Positions 49,945 to 64,000 are shown, counted from the first letter of the stretch. The stretch: 64,000 nt of DNA from Paraspadella gotoi (GCA_051294375.1 CM119264.1:23630858-23694857), one strand, 5' to 3'. Program-made: numbers and translations. The notes: a model not told the origin generated them from the letters alone.

Positions 49945-50155
49945 GCCACCTAATCAACCACCAACTCAACCACCATCGTCCTCAGCTACCTATTCAAGCC
50001 ACAAACTCAAACACCAGCTCGTCCTCAGCCTCCTATTCAACCACCAACTCAACCACCAATCGTCCTCAGCCACCGATGCAATCAAACCCACGCAACTCAA
50101 GCCCCATCGTCCTCAGCCACCATAATCAACCACCAACTCAACCACCATCGTCCCC
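49945..50155. repeat. Minisatellite CACCAACTCAACCACCATCGTCCTCAGC
   Basis: About 5 degenerate copies. Confidence 0.65.
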
Positions 50156-50252
50156 AGTTCATCCTCCTTTTAAAACCTTTCCTTGACAGAATTCCCAAGC
50201 GCATCAGAGGATTGGAAGACGGGCAAGAAGAAAAGATCTTTCTTCTTTCTCG

Positions 50253-50300
<48 letters not shown>

Positions 50301-50420
50301 TCTTTCTTTCTTTCTTTTTCTTTCTTTTCTTTCTTCTTTCTTTCTTTCTTCTTTCTTCTCCTTCTCTCTCTCTCTCTCTCTCTTCTTCTCTCCTCTCTCT
50401 TTTCGCTCTCTCTCTCTCCC

Positions 50421-50477
<57 letters not shown>

Positions 50478-50519
50478 CTTCTCTCCTCTCTCTTCCTCTC
50501 TATCTCTTCTATCTTCTCT

Positions 50520-50551
<32 letters not shown>

Positions 50552-50754
50552 TCTCTCTTTTCGATGAATGACTCCTAACGTCAAGACTGGATTAACGAAG
50601 ATGTTCACTCCGGAAAAGTCATCGACCGAAATCGACCGAAAGAACTGGAGCGAATCAAACACCCCCCCCACCCCTCCTAACTTCCCCCGATTGCCAAAAC
50701 ACATTGGAAAATAGATAGAACGAGAGTGAGAGAGAAAAAGAGAGAGAGAGAGAG

Positions 50755-50835
<81 letters not shown>

Positions 50836-50860
50836 AGAAAAAGAGAGAGAGAGAGAAAAA

Positions 50861-50910
<50 letters not shown>

Positions 50911-50950
50911 GAGAGAAAAAAGAGAGAGAGAGAGAGAAAAAAGAGAGAGA

Positions 50951-50996
<46 letters not shown>

Positions 50997-52824
50997 CTTT
51001 TGTTTTTGACAAACGTGTAAATCTTTAAATTATAGAGAGAACAAATGGTTTTTGCCTGTTGACGATAAAGAAAGATTTTAAAAAGTAAGTGGGGGAGAAG
51101 GGTGTGATAGAAGAGAGAGAGAGAGAGAGAGAAGAGAGAGAGAGGAGAGAGAGGAGAGAAGAGAAGGAGACGAGAGCATGCTATACTAGTAAAGCCTCGT
51201 TAGCGCAGGTCCTGGAGCAAGCCGTGCCGCGGGGAGCCGAGCGCTGCTCCCTGCCTTCGACTTACTTCGCTCGGCTATCTTTCTCCTTTCCTTTCCTTCT
51301 CTTATCTCCGGGATCGCGCGACTGCAAAGTCCGATTCCGGTCTGAGCCCAGCGGTATAACTTACTCTTTTTCTCTCTCTCTTACCCTCGTCACTTCCGAG
51401 TCTCTTTCTCTCTGCCTCGTAGCAGGATCGATTATGCTGTTCGCGCGCGATCCGGAAGTCTTTTTTGTAATATTATATTATTGCTAGGCGTCATTTCACT
51501 ATGTTGAAAGAAAGAAAGAAAGAAAAAATAAAGAAAGAAAGAAAGAAACGAAAGAAAGAAAGAAAAAACGATGGAGAAAGAAAGAGAAAGAAAAAATAAT
51601 TGAAAAAAAAAACATTTAAATAAATTGCAGACTAACAAATATAAACCAATGAACAAAAAAATGGTAAAATTTAATTTCCCGGTCAAGTGTGCATTGTCTA
51701 TCTGTATTAACGACAATGTTGATAATTCAGTTAAAGCCACTAAAATTGTGCTACTAGAAACTTCATAGTATGGGTTTAAAATTTTTTCTTTGTATAGTTT
51801 AAAAAACGCATACTGTTCATGATCACTATTCGAATTTTGATCTTGCAACTTTATACTAGGCCTTACTGAAGGAGGGTATGAAGTTTAAAAAACTTGCCTT
51901 CAGAACAAATTAATATTTTTAAGCCTTGCGAAATTTGTTGAGAAATTAAAGAGAGAGGAATGACAAAATAATACATTGATAGGAAAGCCAGGTACTTTGG
52001 GATGTGAATAACGAGATGTGAGAGAGTCTTAATGGAAAGCTTGCAGTGGACCTGCTATGTCATTATCTTGTAAAGAGTGTGGAAGGCCTTTAACCACCAA
52101 AGCCTGTCCAAAGTCAGGGGCCAAGATAGCTTTATTTTATTAAATGAATGGATAATTTATATTGGTTTGTACCAATTTCATTAAAATTAGCTCCTTGTAT
52201 TTGATACTATGTGCGGGAGTACAAATAAGTATTCCCCGATCTAATAACTTAAGGGAGTGGGGTTTCATACATATTGAAACATTCTTTTGGATTATAATTA
52301 TACCACTTCATTGATAGGGGAAGCCAGTACTCTGGGAGTTGAATAACGAGACTGTGAGGAGAGTCTTACATTGAAAGCTTGCAGGGGCCTGCTATGTTCA
52401 TTATCTTGTAAGAGTGATGGAGCCTTTAAACACTCAAAGCCTGTCCAAAGTCAGGGCAAGATAGCTTATTTATTAAATGAATGGATAAATTTTTATATTG
52501 AGTTTGTACCAATTTCATTAAATGAAAAAAAAAAAAACAAAGATAGAAATTAGAGAGTGAGACGGCTAAGAGCAAGAGAGAGTAAGAGAGAGAGAGGATG
52601 ATGACGAGAGAGAAGAGAGATCCGGGCCCGATCCGCTTCGGACTTTCGACCGGTAAGAAGCCGACTCACCATCGAGAGGAGAATTCTCCCCCGATCCGAG
52701 CGGAAGAAGCCCTGGATAAAGAGAAGTGAGTCTGGTCGGAAGCGCGCGCCGCTGCTCCGGTGGACGGTGCGTCGGTGAGAGCTGAGTATTGACCTCACNN
52801 NNNNNNNNNNNNNNNNNNNNNNNT

Positions 52825-54720
52825 CGGCACTTACATTTGAAGCTCCGTGACTACTCTACTCTTGCGTCTCCTCTCTCTCTCTCTCCTCTCTCTTCTCGCT
52901 CTCTCCTCTCTCTTAACACATAACTCGCTTTCACTCCCTCGTCTCGTCTCTCTCCTGACCTCTTCCCTCCTCTGCTCTTCTTCTACTCTTCTTTCTCTGC
53001 TCTCTCTTCTTCTTCTCTCTTCTGGACATCCCACCTAAATCCTCCTCACTTTAACACTACCCTCCCATCACATCACAACTCTACATCCCGCTTACAGTTC
53101 CTTCACCACCCAACAGCCCCGCCCACTGGTCAACTCCCCTCGCACTTTCCTCGATCTCTCCTCTTTCATTAGAATCGCTCTCATTTCATCTTTACAGTGC
53201 CTCTGCTTCGACGTACCCGGAATCCTCATCTCTCGTGCGTACTATGCGCTCTCTCACAGCTCCTCTCTCCTCTGCTCGCCGCTCCGATTGTATTGTCATT
53301 ACGTGCTCGTTGTTCTTGAATTCGTGCAAAGTAGCTGGTATTATCCATGCTCGATGGTTACGGTTCACTTATAACGTTGTTTGTCCTTTGTCCTTTCTAC
53401 TCTTGATATTTTTGCTAATAATTTTTGCCAGTGGTGAAAGAATGTGCGATCGATCGCTGATTTTATCCTCGTATTTCCAATTTATCCACAGAGGTTTTTT
53501 GATATGTTGATGTGAAAAGTCTAATATTCAATACAGTCCTCCTCCACTACTCCTCCTCTCTATCCATTAAATCATTCCCTCTATGACTTCTCATAGACAC
53601 GAGTTGCGAGAAAATAGACGTATGTTTTATAAACGATGTATTAGAAGAGTGAGAGAGAAGAGATATGCAAGGAGAGATGAATACACAAGATAATTTCATT
53701 TCGCTAATTTTCCAAAAATAGCGCTGCTTTATTAAAAATATCTATGAGAAATCAATTAGAAATGTACCACTTATAAACGCAGAGGTAAGCCATTAGGATG
53801 ATAATAACTAGTGACTTAAGATATATGTTGCGCGGCTTAATCTTAGAGCCAGATTTTGATACGATGTTCTCGTCCGAAAATTAAGTCCTTTTTGTAGATG
53901 GTTTTTATCAATTAGTGAGAAGATAGAGATAGTCATAAATTTGATTTTAAACTAGATTTATAACTACAATTAAACAACGATGAGAAAGAAAATCTCGCCC
54001 ATTAAGTCGCAAACGCGGGTGAAAGAAACAGAAGAAGAGAAAAAAGTAACGACACCAAAGACAAATTTATGTTTCATGTTCATGGGAAAATTTTTTAAAA
54101 AAAAATTTTAAAACAGTATAAGAAAAAAGAAAAAGAATATGCAGCAGTATCGAAATTGTGCGAAATTAAAAATTTAAATCCGAGAAAAGTAATCGCCAGG
54201 AGAAGAAAAAAATTAAAGGAAAGGGAAAGAAAAGAGAAGGAAAGAAAAGAGAGAAATTCTGGAGAATAAAAACTAGTAAAGAACGTCGGCGAAAGAAAAG
54301 GAAGCAGAAAAAAAATTGCGACCGAACGTGATGTGAAAGTCGAAGAGTTGATTAAACGAAATTAAGAGTCGAGAAGAGAGAAAAGAATGTGAGAAGTATA
54401 GATAAGGAAATTAAAAAAAAATCGCGTTTGCCTTTGTTATTTTTTTTTTGTATGTAGATTTTGTATTAGTTTAGGTTTACGTGCTTATACGGTGGGTGGA
54501 ATGAACTCCAATCAGAATTAAATTAAACTTATGAGCCAATATAATGGAATTAAATAAAAGAAAAACTACTTACTACTTACTACTTGTTAGAAAAAGACTG
54601 CTCCACTGCCGTTCCATCACCAATATGAAGAGGGAATTCTCTGTCAGAACACGGACAGGACACCAGCGACGCGATTTGCTGAAAACGACTGGTAGTTTAA
54701 GTAGAACGGACCAAAAGCCC
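52825..54720 (-). repeat. Noisy inverted copy of 43900-45260, next to the N-gap at 52799-52823
   Basis: 53690-54720 is the reverse complement of 43900-44807, and 53020-53430 of 44950-45245, with many indels. Confidence 0.8.
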
Positions 54721-54832
54721 GATCTCACTCTCTCTCTTCTCTCGCTCTCTGAGCTCTCTCTCTCTATCTGTCTCTAGGAGAGAGGAGAGATACGTACGTC
54801 AATTCTCTCTCTGGAGCATCATGCATCTCTCT

Positions 54833-54871
<39 letters not shown>

Positions 54872-57800
54872 AGAATTAGGAAAGAGACAGAAAGACACAC
54901 ATTAAGACAGTCAGAGGAAGTCAACATTGAGGCGAAACCAAGAAACCGAAAAATTCAACATCGAGGTAAGGCTGGAATGAGAGGGAGACAGAGAGAAAAA
55001 GAAGGTGAGAGAGAGAGAGACGGTGGGGTCGGGAAGAGGGGGAGACTCGAAATAAAAAGGTAATGAATCAGAATAAGTAAATGGATTCAGACACGAAATT
55101 TGCCGCTTACGTTTTTTTTTCCTTCTTCCCTTTTGGAGTCGCGTAAAAAGAAAAATCCAGCTGTTTGCGTCGATACTACGAAATATTCGGAGGCCCGAAG
55201 GCGAGGCGGGGCTTAATGGGGTTTTGATGGGTTTCCGCATGGAATCGAAAAAGGGGGACGGCGCCGGCGGCTGCGTCGAATGGATACGTACTGAAAATGG
55301 CGCCGGAGGATGCACGTTGAAAATGTGGAAAGGATTTCAGTTCGGAATGCATCTTCCATTCGTCTAGAGCTCCGGTCTTATTTTAATATTCTTCTTGAAA
55401 AATATCTTGTTTAAAGTTTGATGCAAAATGGGGTATGACGTCTGCGTGTATTCTAAATGAAAAATCAAAAAAAGTACGTCACTCCCGTAGTCGCAAAATA
55501 TTATATTTCTGACCAATATGTCTAGATGCTCTATGACTTTTGCCTCGAAATTTTCGGATGGAAATTTCTACTCCGTCGTTTCGAGTCTGAGACGCAAAAT
55601 CGACGGCGAACAAAATCCCCCACAAATCTCCGGGCGTCGCTCGTCAATGCCAAACGCCGCCGCTGCTTGCGAAATACCAGGGTAACCGGGGTAAGGAACT
55701 CACTCACCTCGCGGTTCCTTAACCAATCAATTTAAAACCGTCACTTTTAATCTCTCAACCAGTGACTTTGGTTCCCTTTTAACGAGTTACAAAAAACTGT
55801 TTTTGCTTCCCCGTTTTTTTAAATCCCCGACTTTTTATCTTTTCGCTCCTCTAATTCCCATTTATTTCTCCGGTTATTCCCCGCCCCTATACTCTATTTT
55901 TTATTTCAAGCTTCTTGAATTGAGAGGCCTTTTCGTTCCGAGCTCCTATCTCCACTTGTTTTATCCCCGTTACTTTAATCCCCACTTCTTCGATCCCCGC
56001 CTTCGAATCTTCTAGGAAATCCCCGACTGAAAAAGAAGTCGCCGCTTTTTATCGTTTCCTCCGCCGCCGCCGCCGCTTACGCTGCCGCTGCCCCTGCGGA
56101 GGTCGTCTACCCTAACCAAAAGCGGCGAAGGCGATGGCCGGGGTTAAGATGGCGGATGCTCGAAGACATCGGCTGCGGCGTTGGCAAAGACACGCCGTAG
56201 ATGGCAACGACGTCGACGGAACTGGCAACCGAAATTCTGCGATGTCAGTTACGCCAGTGACGGCAACGACGACGAAAATGACGACGACGACGACGGAGAC
56301 GAAGAAGACATAAAACCCCGGAACACCGACGATGAATCTTCGAAGGTCAACGCAGTTAAATTCCTCCGCTCGAAACTCATCCTCTTCCTCCGCTGTACAA
56401 GGCGCTCAACGTCAAGTGGCGCCAAATGTGGCTATTGGGGAATTTGGGATGGATAACGTGGGTTCGAATCCAGTTTGAGTAATTACTGTATTGACAATCG
56501 GTTGACATTGTACGCATAGTTTCAGAATCGTAAAAATAACTACATTCAGTTTGAAATAAAAAAAACAATAACTTCATTACGAGCAGAGTTTGTTTTGCAA
56601 GCCCAAACTGTTGTTACCGTTGTTGCAGGGCATAAGTCGTTGTTGTTGTGGGTGGAAGTGGCATTTGGTCGTTACGCGTGGCTTTTGTAGCTCGGAATCG
56701 CTGATCCTCTCTTTTCTCAGAAATATCCGTTTTTCTCTCGGGGTTTCTAGTTATTCTTCGGAAGACGTTCGGCAGATGCCATGCAGATGTAACGTAGATG
56801 GCATGCGGATTCTGGTCGCAAGTATATGGAATGAATATTCCGCCACACTCTACATAATTTTTATGAATGTTAAAATATTTTTGAAATTTATGTATTCACA
56901 GTAGATGCTTTCACATATTTTTAAACAGCTTGAACTTATTTTAATCAATTAATCTCAATTTTCAATAATCAATTTACTTCCCCCCCTTTCTATCTTCCGA
57001 ACATTTTTCACCAGGAAACTTATTTTTTTCCGGCGCGATCGCTATAAATAACTTTTCGCTGCCTGCAGTTGTTCCCGCCAGGCGCGAGTTATTGTTTTAT
57101 GGCAAGTCTAAAAATCAGGCGATTCTTCAGTTCGTTGACCTTTCGTTATTCGTTATGACCAGAGAGAGGAAAGTAGTTTAATCGCGCGTTTTGGTCGTCA
57201 GGTTTAGAGTTCTCGTTTCGCGGGGCCGAGAAATTCTTCATTTGATTTCGTATCATTAAATCTTATGACGTCTGCAAGATGGGGACGGAAGTTGATTGAG
57301 ATTTGCAGCGTGAAACCGAAAACCGCGAAATCGGGATGCAATGACGTGGGAGAGGAAAGACAGGGTACGAAAGAAGGATAGAGAGAAAAAGAGAAGTAAG
57401 GGAGAAAGACGGGGAAAAGAAAAGATTGGGAAATGACCAGATTAAACGCCCAGAAAGAGAGGAATGGAGAGGACGAAGATGAGAAGAGAGAAAACTGCGG
57501 TTGGGAGTCGAATTTCGGAGGAGGAAGAGGAGGAGGAGGAAGAAGAGGAAGAAGGAAAATAAGAAAAATTATTCCCTGCGACCTTTTGATCTGATTCCGG
57601 GCGTCGGATTGACGGAGAAAGGAGAGGAAGAGACGGGAGAGGTCAGAGGAGTGGAAAGGGGGGCGGAGGGAGGGAAGAGGGGGCGTACCGGGGGTAGGTT
57701 AGAGGAGTCGTGTGAGGGGAGCGGTCAGATTAGATTTAAAAGAACGGGGCAGAGTAGTGAAAAGGTGAAACTTGCGATCGGGTTAGATGTAGCGAGGCAA

Positions 57801-58985
57801 TGGAAAAAAAAATCTTTTGGATAGAACTAGGGCACGGAGTAAATGGAACCAGATTCCTCGCGTGGCAACAAGGACTAAATGCAATGCTCAAATTTTTTTT
57901 TTCCTTTGTACATCGTTGTTATCGGGTATCGCTCATCAGTCTCCAAGAATCCAAACGATTTATTTGGGACAAGGGAAGCCCGTCGGGACAAAGAGAGGAG
58001 AAAGTTCATCCCTTCTATGAACAAAGGATTTAAAGCGGATTTATGGATTTAGTGGGGATTCAGTGAGAAACAGAAGGATGTGTAAGTAAGGATTAAGATG
58101 TGAGGGAGCCAATGAAAAATTTCCTCATGGATCACGACTGCGGAGCGAGTGAGAAACGGTTGGGCTACGTTGGTTCACCTTCGCCTAATTGATGTTTGAT
58201 TCTTTATTTTCTCTCTTTGGTTTCGTTCAATCCGGTTTTGGTTTCGCGACTGTTCTTCTTTTTTCATGTATTTACATTTTACATTTTTTTAGTTTGCAAC
58301 ATTCATTTATAATCTTGATGCCATGTTTGACAACCTCAAATTACATAATTTATTAAATTACATTATTTATTAAATGAATGGATAATTTTTATATTGGTTG
58401 TACCAATTTCATAATTAAAGTTTGTTGGTTTTGTTCTTGAAGTTGAACTGATTTTTTTAAATTCTTTCTTCACTGACATATTTTTCTTTCACTTTTTTAA
58501 GCGCTCTTTTCGATATTTTCAACCTAATTTTTTTTTATCGTTTTNNNNNNNNNNCTATTCAGACAAAAAGCTATTGGAATCGCGAAATTCGAAGTCTCTC
58601 ATGTAACAGGAACATATAGCAATCCCGTTTGCAATTTTAAGTTTGTAAACTTTCCCTTTCATTTCTATAGTAAAAATGAGGTTTGAAAATTCTCTAACTA
58701 TGAGGAGTGCATTTCCCCTGGCTTGTTTGATATCAAATCCTTCATCAAATGTGAAAAAACGAATAGGACAAGCTCTTCAGATGTAACGCTATCGGAATCC
58801 TGTGTTTTTACAACTGATTTCTACCCGGATTTTTGGCAATCGCGTTTGCAATTTGGGTAGTCAGATTTGAACGGAACTCTCTATAAGAAAAATGTTGAAT
58901 CTTTTTTAAATCGAGATTCTCGTCTACTTGAACTGATTTTTTAAAATTCTTTCTTCACTGACATATTTTTCTTTCACTTTTTTAA

Positions 58986-59847
58986 GGGGACCCGTGATAA
59001 AATGATATCATAGCTTAAGGGTCTATCATCAAAGGAATTGAATGGTGATAGTCATTAATTTTTCTTTGCACGGGAAAGTGGCAAAAAATTCTATCTCTTA
59101 TTCTAGCGGAAACAAAAATTTAATAATTATGAAAAAAATTTAGTTGACCCTACCTAAATATTTATATAATCCATTATTTTATTTTTGCATTAGAAAGTAT
59201 TTTTTACTAAATTCCAATTTTTTATTTTTTTACTGTACAAAGCTATAATTTTAGGTTTAAGCCTTATTGAACAAAGGCTTTACAAGACTAATATTTTTTA
59301 TTTTTATATTCTACTTAAAGCAGACAAATCAACCTAAATTCTATTCTTACAGAAACAAAAACTGTAATAATTATTAATTAATATTCATATTCATTCCCTT
59401 AAATGTATAATTAAACTATATTGATTCTAATTATAACAATTAAAAATTTAGCAAAAGTACAGAATCTTTCTCTTCTTTATATTTTATATATTACTTCAAA
59501 GAGTTTATTTTTCATCCATTAACAGATCATTTGAAAAGAAAGTTTAAATAAATCAGTGATACCTTAAATTTGATTCATTCCTAGTTTTTTTTCTTATAAA
59601 TTTTTATGATAAAGCTGAAAATCTTTTAAAATTAGATCTTCCCTTTTTTGGAAAAAAAAAATTTTAAAACTTGAAAAAAGATTTTCTTCTTACCGATTTT
59701 TTAAAGAAAATTAAGCTCGCTGATTTTATCGAATTTTTTAACTACTTTCCAAATGATTATAGAAGAAAAATATATGATCAGAACCAGCTTAAGTTAAAGG
59801 GTCAAACGTTATTTTTCAGCTTTTTACCCCCCCGTTCACTTGGTCCC
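58986..59847. mobile_element. TTAA-inserted non-autonomous DNA transposon (Kolobok-like MITE)
   Basis: Termini GGGGACCCGTGA / TCACTTGGTCCC after TTAA. The empty site (..CACTTTTTTAAGCGCTCTTTT..) is present at ~58420-58544, left of the N-gap. Confidence 0.7.
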
Positions 59848-60308
59848 TATTAGCGCTCTTTTTCGATTATTTTCAACCTAATTTTTTTTATCGTTTTTTA
59901 ATATATTTTATTAATTCATTTGATTTGAGTGCTTGCTTACTATTTTATTCATCTTGTTTACTCAGTTCCGCCATTTTTATATGGTCGTTCGCCCATTGCC
60001 TTCTACCCGACCCTTCTCTCTCCCTCCTCCCTCCTCCCTGCCTTCTCCTCTTTCTCTCCACTCCCCTCCTCCCTCCGAAAAGGGAAAGGGGATCCGTCCT
60101 CGTAAGCATAGGAATGACTTAATTTCGGTAGAAATCAGTATAGGAGCAAAAGTTGGCGAAGGAGCAAAGATGGGAGGAGCTCGACAGTGGGAAGAGGAGT
60201 TATAATAGAGATTATATGTTAATATACTACGAATGATTGTAGCAGAAAAAAAACGTGAAAATAAACAGAGGAGCAAAAAACAGGAGCCTGGAGCGTTGGT
60301 TCTTCTTT

Positions 60309-60375
<67 letters not shown>

Positions 60376-61309
60376 TCTTCCCATCTGGCCATTCGGCCTT
60401 ATAAAGTGACTTATCTCCATTTAGTCAAATTCATAAATACACTTTCGATTCCTAATTCGCAATTCGTAGTCACTCGTGAGGAACGAAAACATTTTTGACA
60501 AAAAAAATTACAGAATAAATTTAACATTTAACTGAAAGACTGTTTTTGATCTCCTTCCTTGTCCGCTCCTGATCCGATACTCCTCGATCCCTTTCCCCCA
60601 ATTAACTTATCCCTCCTTCCTTACCCTCTTTCCCCTCGATCCTCTTCTCCGCCCCCCCCCCTTACTTTCCCCCCTCTGCAAACTCATCCACAGATGATTT
60701 CTATATCTCCCGCCCTTTTTATTGCCAGTCGACGCTCGTAAATCGCGGCAACTTTCCCGGGGGTGCCTTCCGCCGTCCGGCGGACGAGGCATTCCGGCCT
60801 TCCTCCCCTCAACCCGAAGCCTCTGACGAAAACGCTTTTGATGTCTGGATTTTTTTTTCCTTTTTCATTTTTTCAGATTTTTTTTTTTTTTTTTTTTTTG
60901 CGGTCTGAAAAGGGTAAACTTGGAGACCAGTGGCACGAGGGCCTGAATGACGATAACAGCCTGATGCACCATAATAATAAATAAATAATTGAATAATTTA
61001 TTTATAGGTAAATAAATAATTAGTCCCGCAAAACACACGAAAAGTTAATCCTGTTTGTTTCTTAGCTAATAGAGCTATTGATTCTACAGCGTGCGTCCAA
61101 TGGCTCAAAAGTGAATCGCTTGACCTCATTAAATATTTAATTCTGATCAATAAAGGTCAGTGATAATCAGTGCCTTCGAGGCTCTCTTAATAAAGCCGAT
61201 AATTCCCTAATCCCCGACTTTTAAAATTTTTCTAGGCTTTACGTAGTAGCCCTGTAAGGTTAACCACGAATTAGCCCGCTCATTTAACTCTGAAACCCTC
61301 TCGAGAAAT

Positions 61310-61420
61310 CCCCCCAAAACTTTAGCTTTAGCCCTCATAGCTCTTTGTTCAAGTCCTCAGGGGCCCCCAAAACTTTAGCTTTAGCCCTCATAGCTCTTTG
61401 TTCAAGTCCTCAGGGGCCCC
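61310..61420. repeat. Perfect 53-bp tandem duplication
   Basis: CCCCCAAAACTTTAGCTTTAGCCCTCATAGCTCTTTGTTCAAGTCCTCAGGGG twice. Confidence 0.9.
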
Positions 61421-63187
61421 TAAAACCCGGAGCCCTCAATTTCTCCCAGGCCTCGGTGGCCGCTAACCCTTGAGGCCGGAATGATCTTTGAGCAAGTTTC
61501 TCATCACGTAATGGGAAATGGACGACAACCGACGAAATGGGAAGAGGGACCATTTTTTCTTTCTTTTTTTTTTTCTTTTCTTTTTCCTTCTTTTTTATTT
61601 CCTTTTCCTTCTTTCAATCTTTTTAGCGGCGATTTTCTTATGATTACGTGCCGTTGTGTTTCCTCGTTGTAAAGTAACCATTAAATGGAGGTTGAAGGAA
61701 GAAGGAAAGAATCGGTAGAGTATTAGGTAGGTTTCATTTTTTTTGATTCGGTCTTTAAACTTTATATTTTTATTGAATGATTTCGAAAATTGAAATCGAT
61801 ATTAAACCGTTTCTTTTTTATTATTGAAGAAAATTAAAAAGAAATTTGGAGTGACAAACTCGAAGGCAACTGATAAATTAAACTTACTGTTTAGAAAAAG
61901 AAAAGTTAATTAACGAAAATACAAGAAATTAAAACCTAAGATAGCTGATTTCCAGGTTTAAAGGGACATAGAAATTGTTGTCGCTTTGATTGAATCATTA
62001 AACAGAAAAGAGAAATGTCAAGATTTTAATATTCGGTAGGAATTGATATTTGGGAGCGGCGGCGACGAATCGTCCGAATAAAGTTTTATTAGAAGACGGA
62101 GCTCAATAAATTCTTGACAGGAAAAAAAATAAATCTTGGGTTTTTGTCCAGTTTTTAGTTTGACAGGTTTTTTTTTGTTTATTTCTCCGTTTGACGGAAT
62201 TTATTTTTAGGCGATTATAATTTTACAAAGGGGTGCGTGGGTAAAATATTTGAAGGAAATAATTGGCTTTGCCATATTCGTCAGAAAAAAAAAATCGTAA
62301 AGTCTCTCGGTAAAACTTAGCCTCTTTTATTTATCAATCAGTACCCCTTTTTAATATTTTCAACATAATAATTAATATATGAGTTTCATTCGTTTACAAC
62401 AATTATTAGAAACAGTACATACATACAAAAGGACATGCGGAATTAGAGATACATCATTTATCCATAAATGAAATAATCTACGATAAATGTGAAAAATGAC
62501 GCCAGGTAAAGAAGAGAATTTGACGAATTGACGAATTGACGAATTGAGAATTTGACGAATTGACGTCTGCCGACAACCGACGGTGTCTTTGCCATCGAAG
62601 TCGGCTTTGTCGTTGTCGGCCTCTTTGTCCTCTGTGTCTTCGTCGTCGTGCTTTTTGTTCTCATTTCCAGCAGCGACGGTGGCCGCGGCGCCGTTCGGAC
62701 CTTGGAATTTTGATTTTGATTGTTAGCAAATCTTTATAGGGTCTACTCCAATAAGGGGTAAACAAACAATAATAGTAACGTTGTTTTACACGAATTAAAA
62801 TTTTATTTAAAAAATTAGGAAAAATCTTTCCAGGAGAAAGGTGAATTAATTTCATTTAATATTCATCTTATTTAGTAACATAAGTATAAGCATATTCATT
62901 AAAATAATATTTTAATAAATTGTAATAATTTTTTATTTACTGCTTAATGTTTATTCTATCGAGCAACCATATTATAAATAAATTTATATAAAATTGAATA
63001 TTTAATATCTTCAAAATGTAAATTAAAACTATAATTTAAAAAAAAATATGTTTCTTATTTTATTTATAAAAGTTATTAAAACAATAAAAAGATTTAAATT
63101 ACTAAAATTTAAAACAATTTTCGTGGCTAATCTTTATGTGACACCATGTATTTGAATTCGAAAACGTCAGATCTCGATCTCTCAGGG

Positions 63188-63315
63188 TATAAAAATAAAG
63201 AGCTCGAATCATCGAAGCTCTGAGAAATTTTTCACCAGCAAGGTTGCCAACTGGAGACTTCTTTCTTTCGCAATTGCAAAAACTGTCTTTGGCAACTCTG
63301 ATCATCGGACATCAG
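63188..63315 (+). promoter_or_regulatory. Candidate TATA box and non-coding first exon of the secreted peptide gene
   Basis: TATAAAA at 63188, donor CAG|GTAGTT at 63315 and acceptor CACAG at 63442 ahead of the ATG exon. Confidence 0.45.
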
Positions 63316-63463
63316 GTAGTTTAGCGCAGATATTGCTCTCTTTTTAAAGTTCGGGAAGACGAGAAAGACATTGTTTTTGGTTTTAAACATAAACTATAAG
63401 TCTGCATAAATAAAAAAAAGTAAATTTTTGATCTTACCACAGAATCAATACGATCCCGTCGTC

Positions 63464-64000
63464 ATGGAGATGAAAATTCTTCTGCTCGTTTCTCTCACGG
63501 TCTGTGCGGTCTCGGGTCTGCCGGTCGAACAAGGTGAAGAAAAGAAATACATGGAGAAAGACTCGGGCTTGTGCGCACTGTTTTCCGACCTAGAATAGTA
63601 GTTATTCCTATTCTTAATTGACTTCTTAATAATATAACATACTGCAGTGGTTTTAAGCTGTTGAGTGGCGCAGCGTATTGTAAGAGCTTGGCAAAAATAA
63701 AACCTATATGATTATCAGAAAGAGGAAACATCAGTGATTATTTTGGTGTTTTATAAAAAGATATTCAATAACTTTTAGCCTGAAGGTAAATACTATTCTA
63801 AGTTTTTAATCACTACTTTGTAATTATTCAAAATATGGATCTGTGTATCTATAAACTTTGAAGAGTTGCTTTAATTTCTTTTTTTTTATTTTATTAATAG
63901 ACAAGCGAGGTCTGTTCACCGATTTGGGCGCAGGACTTGGTGAATTGGCTGATGATACAGCCAGCGTTGCTGGGGATGTAGCGGGAGAGGTTTTTGGTGA
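63464..64000 (+). CDS. Secreted prepropeptide, 3'-partial. Exons 63464-63533 and 63901->64000
   Basis: MEMKILLLVSLTVCAVSG|LPVEQ + phase-1 intron + DKR|GLFTDLGAGLGELADDTASVAGDVAGEVFG: signal peptide, short pro-piece and dibasic KR site. Confidence 0.75.

Noticed and set aside
51180-54780. Real inverted and tandem duplications (51950-52190 vs 52310-52520; 52550-52790 vs 51240-51400; 52825-54720 vs 43900-45260)
   Set aside because: Indel-dominated divergence beside an N-gap is typical of unpolished long-read gap filling; treated as an artefact unless reads confirm it.
56040-56470. GC-rich segment as a coding exon or tRNA (GGTTCGAATCC at ~56460)
   Set aside because: Only short frames or (GAC)n-derived ones, no recognisable motif, and no cloverleaf around the B-box.

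Overview
AT-rich, microsatellite-dense draft genomic DNA of a eukaryote with spliceosomal introns, most likely an invertebrate animal. It has four N-gaps and several noisy duplicated blocks that look like haplotype or long-read gap-fill artefacts. Most listed ORFs are (GA/TC)n read-through. Genes rebuilt by hand: two tandem serine beta-lactamase-fold (family VIII esterase-like) paralogs (2.1-8.9 kb, +); a 14-exon NIT-domain transmembrane guanylyl cyclase (9.4-17.7 kb, -); an XK-related multi-TM protein (31.9-35.1 kb, -); and the start of a secreted prepropeptide gene at the right edge. The most interesting content is mobile. (1) A TRIM-type miniature LTR retroelement whose ~234-bp LTR contains a 72-nt tRNA-like cloverleaf. 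It has TA...CA termini, 4-bp TSDs and a tRNA-Trp-like PBS, and occurs as two elements plus a solo LTR. (2) A five-level transposon nest at 36.5-41.1 kb with a TSD for each of the four inserted layers: HINE-like > hAT MITE > TRIM > gag-only BEL-like LTR element > TRIM. (3) Seven minimal type I hammerhead ribozyme motifs in a (TC)n-associated, Penelope-like repeat family, including two inverted pairs. All calls were made by eye; no database search or folding program was run.
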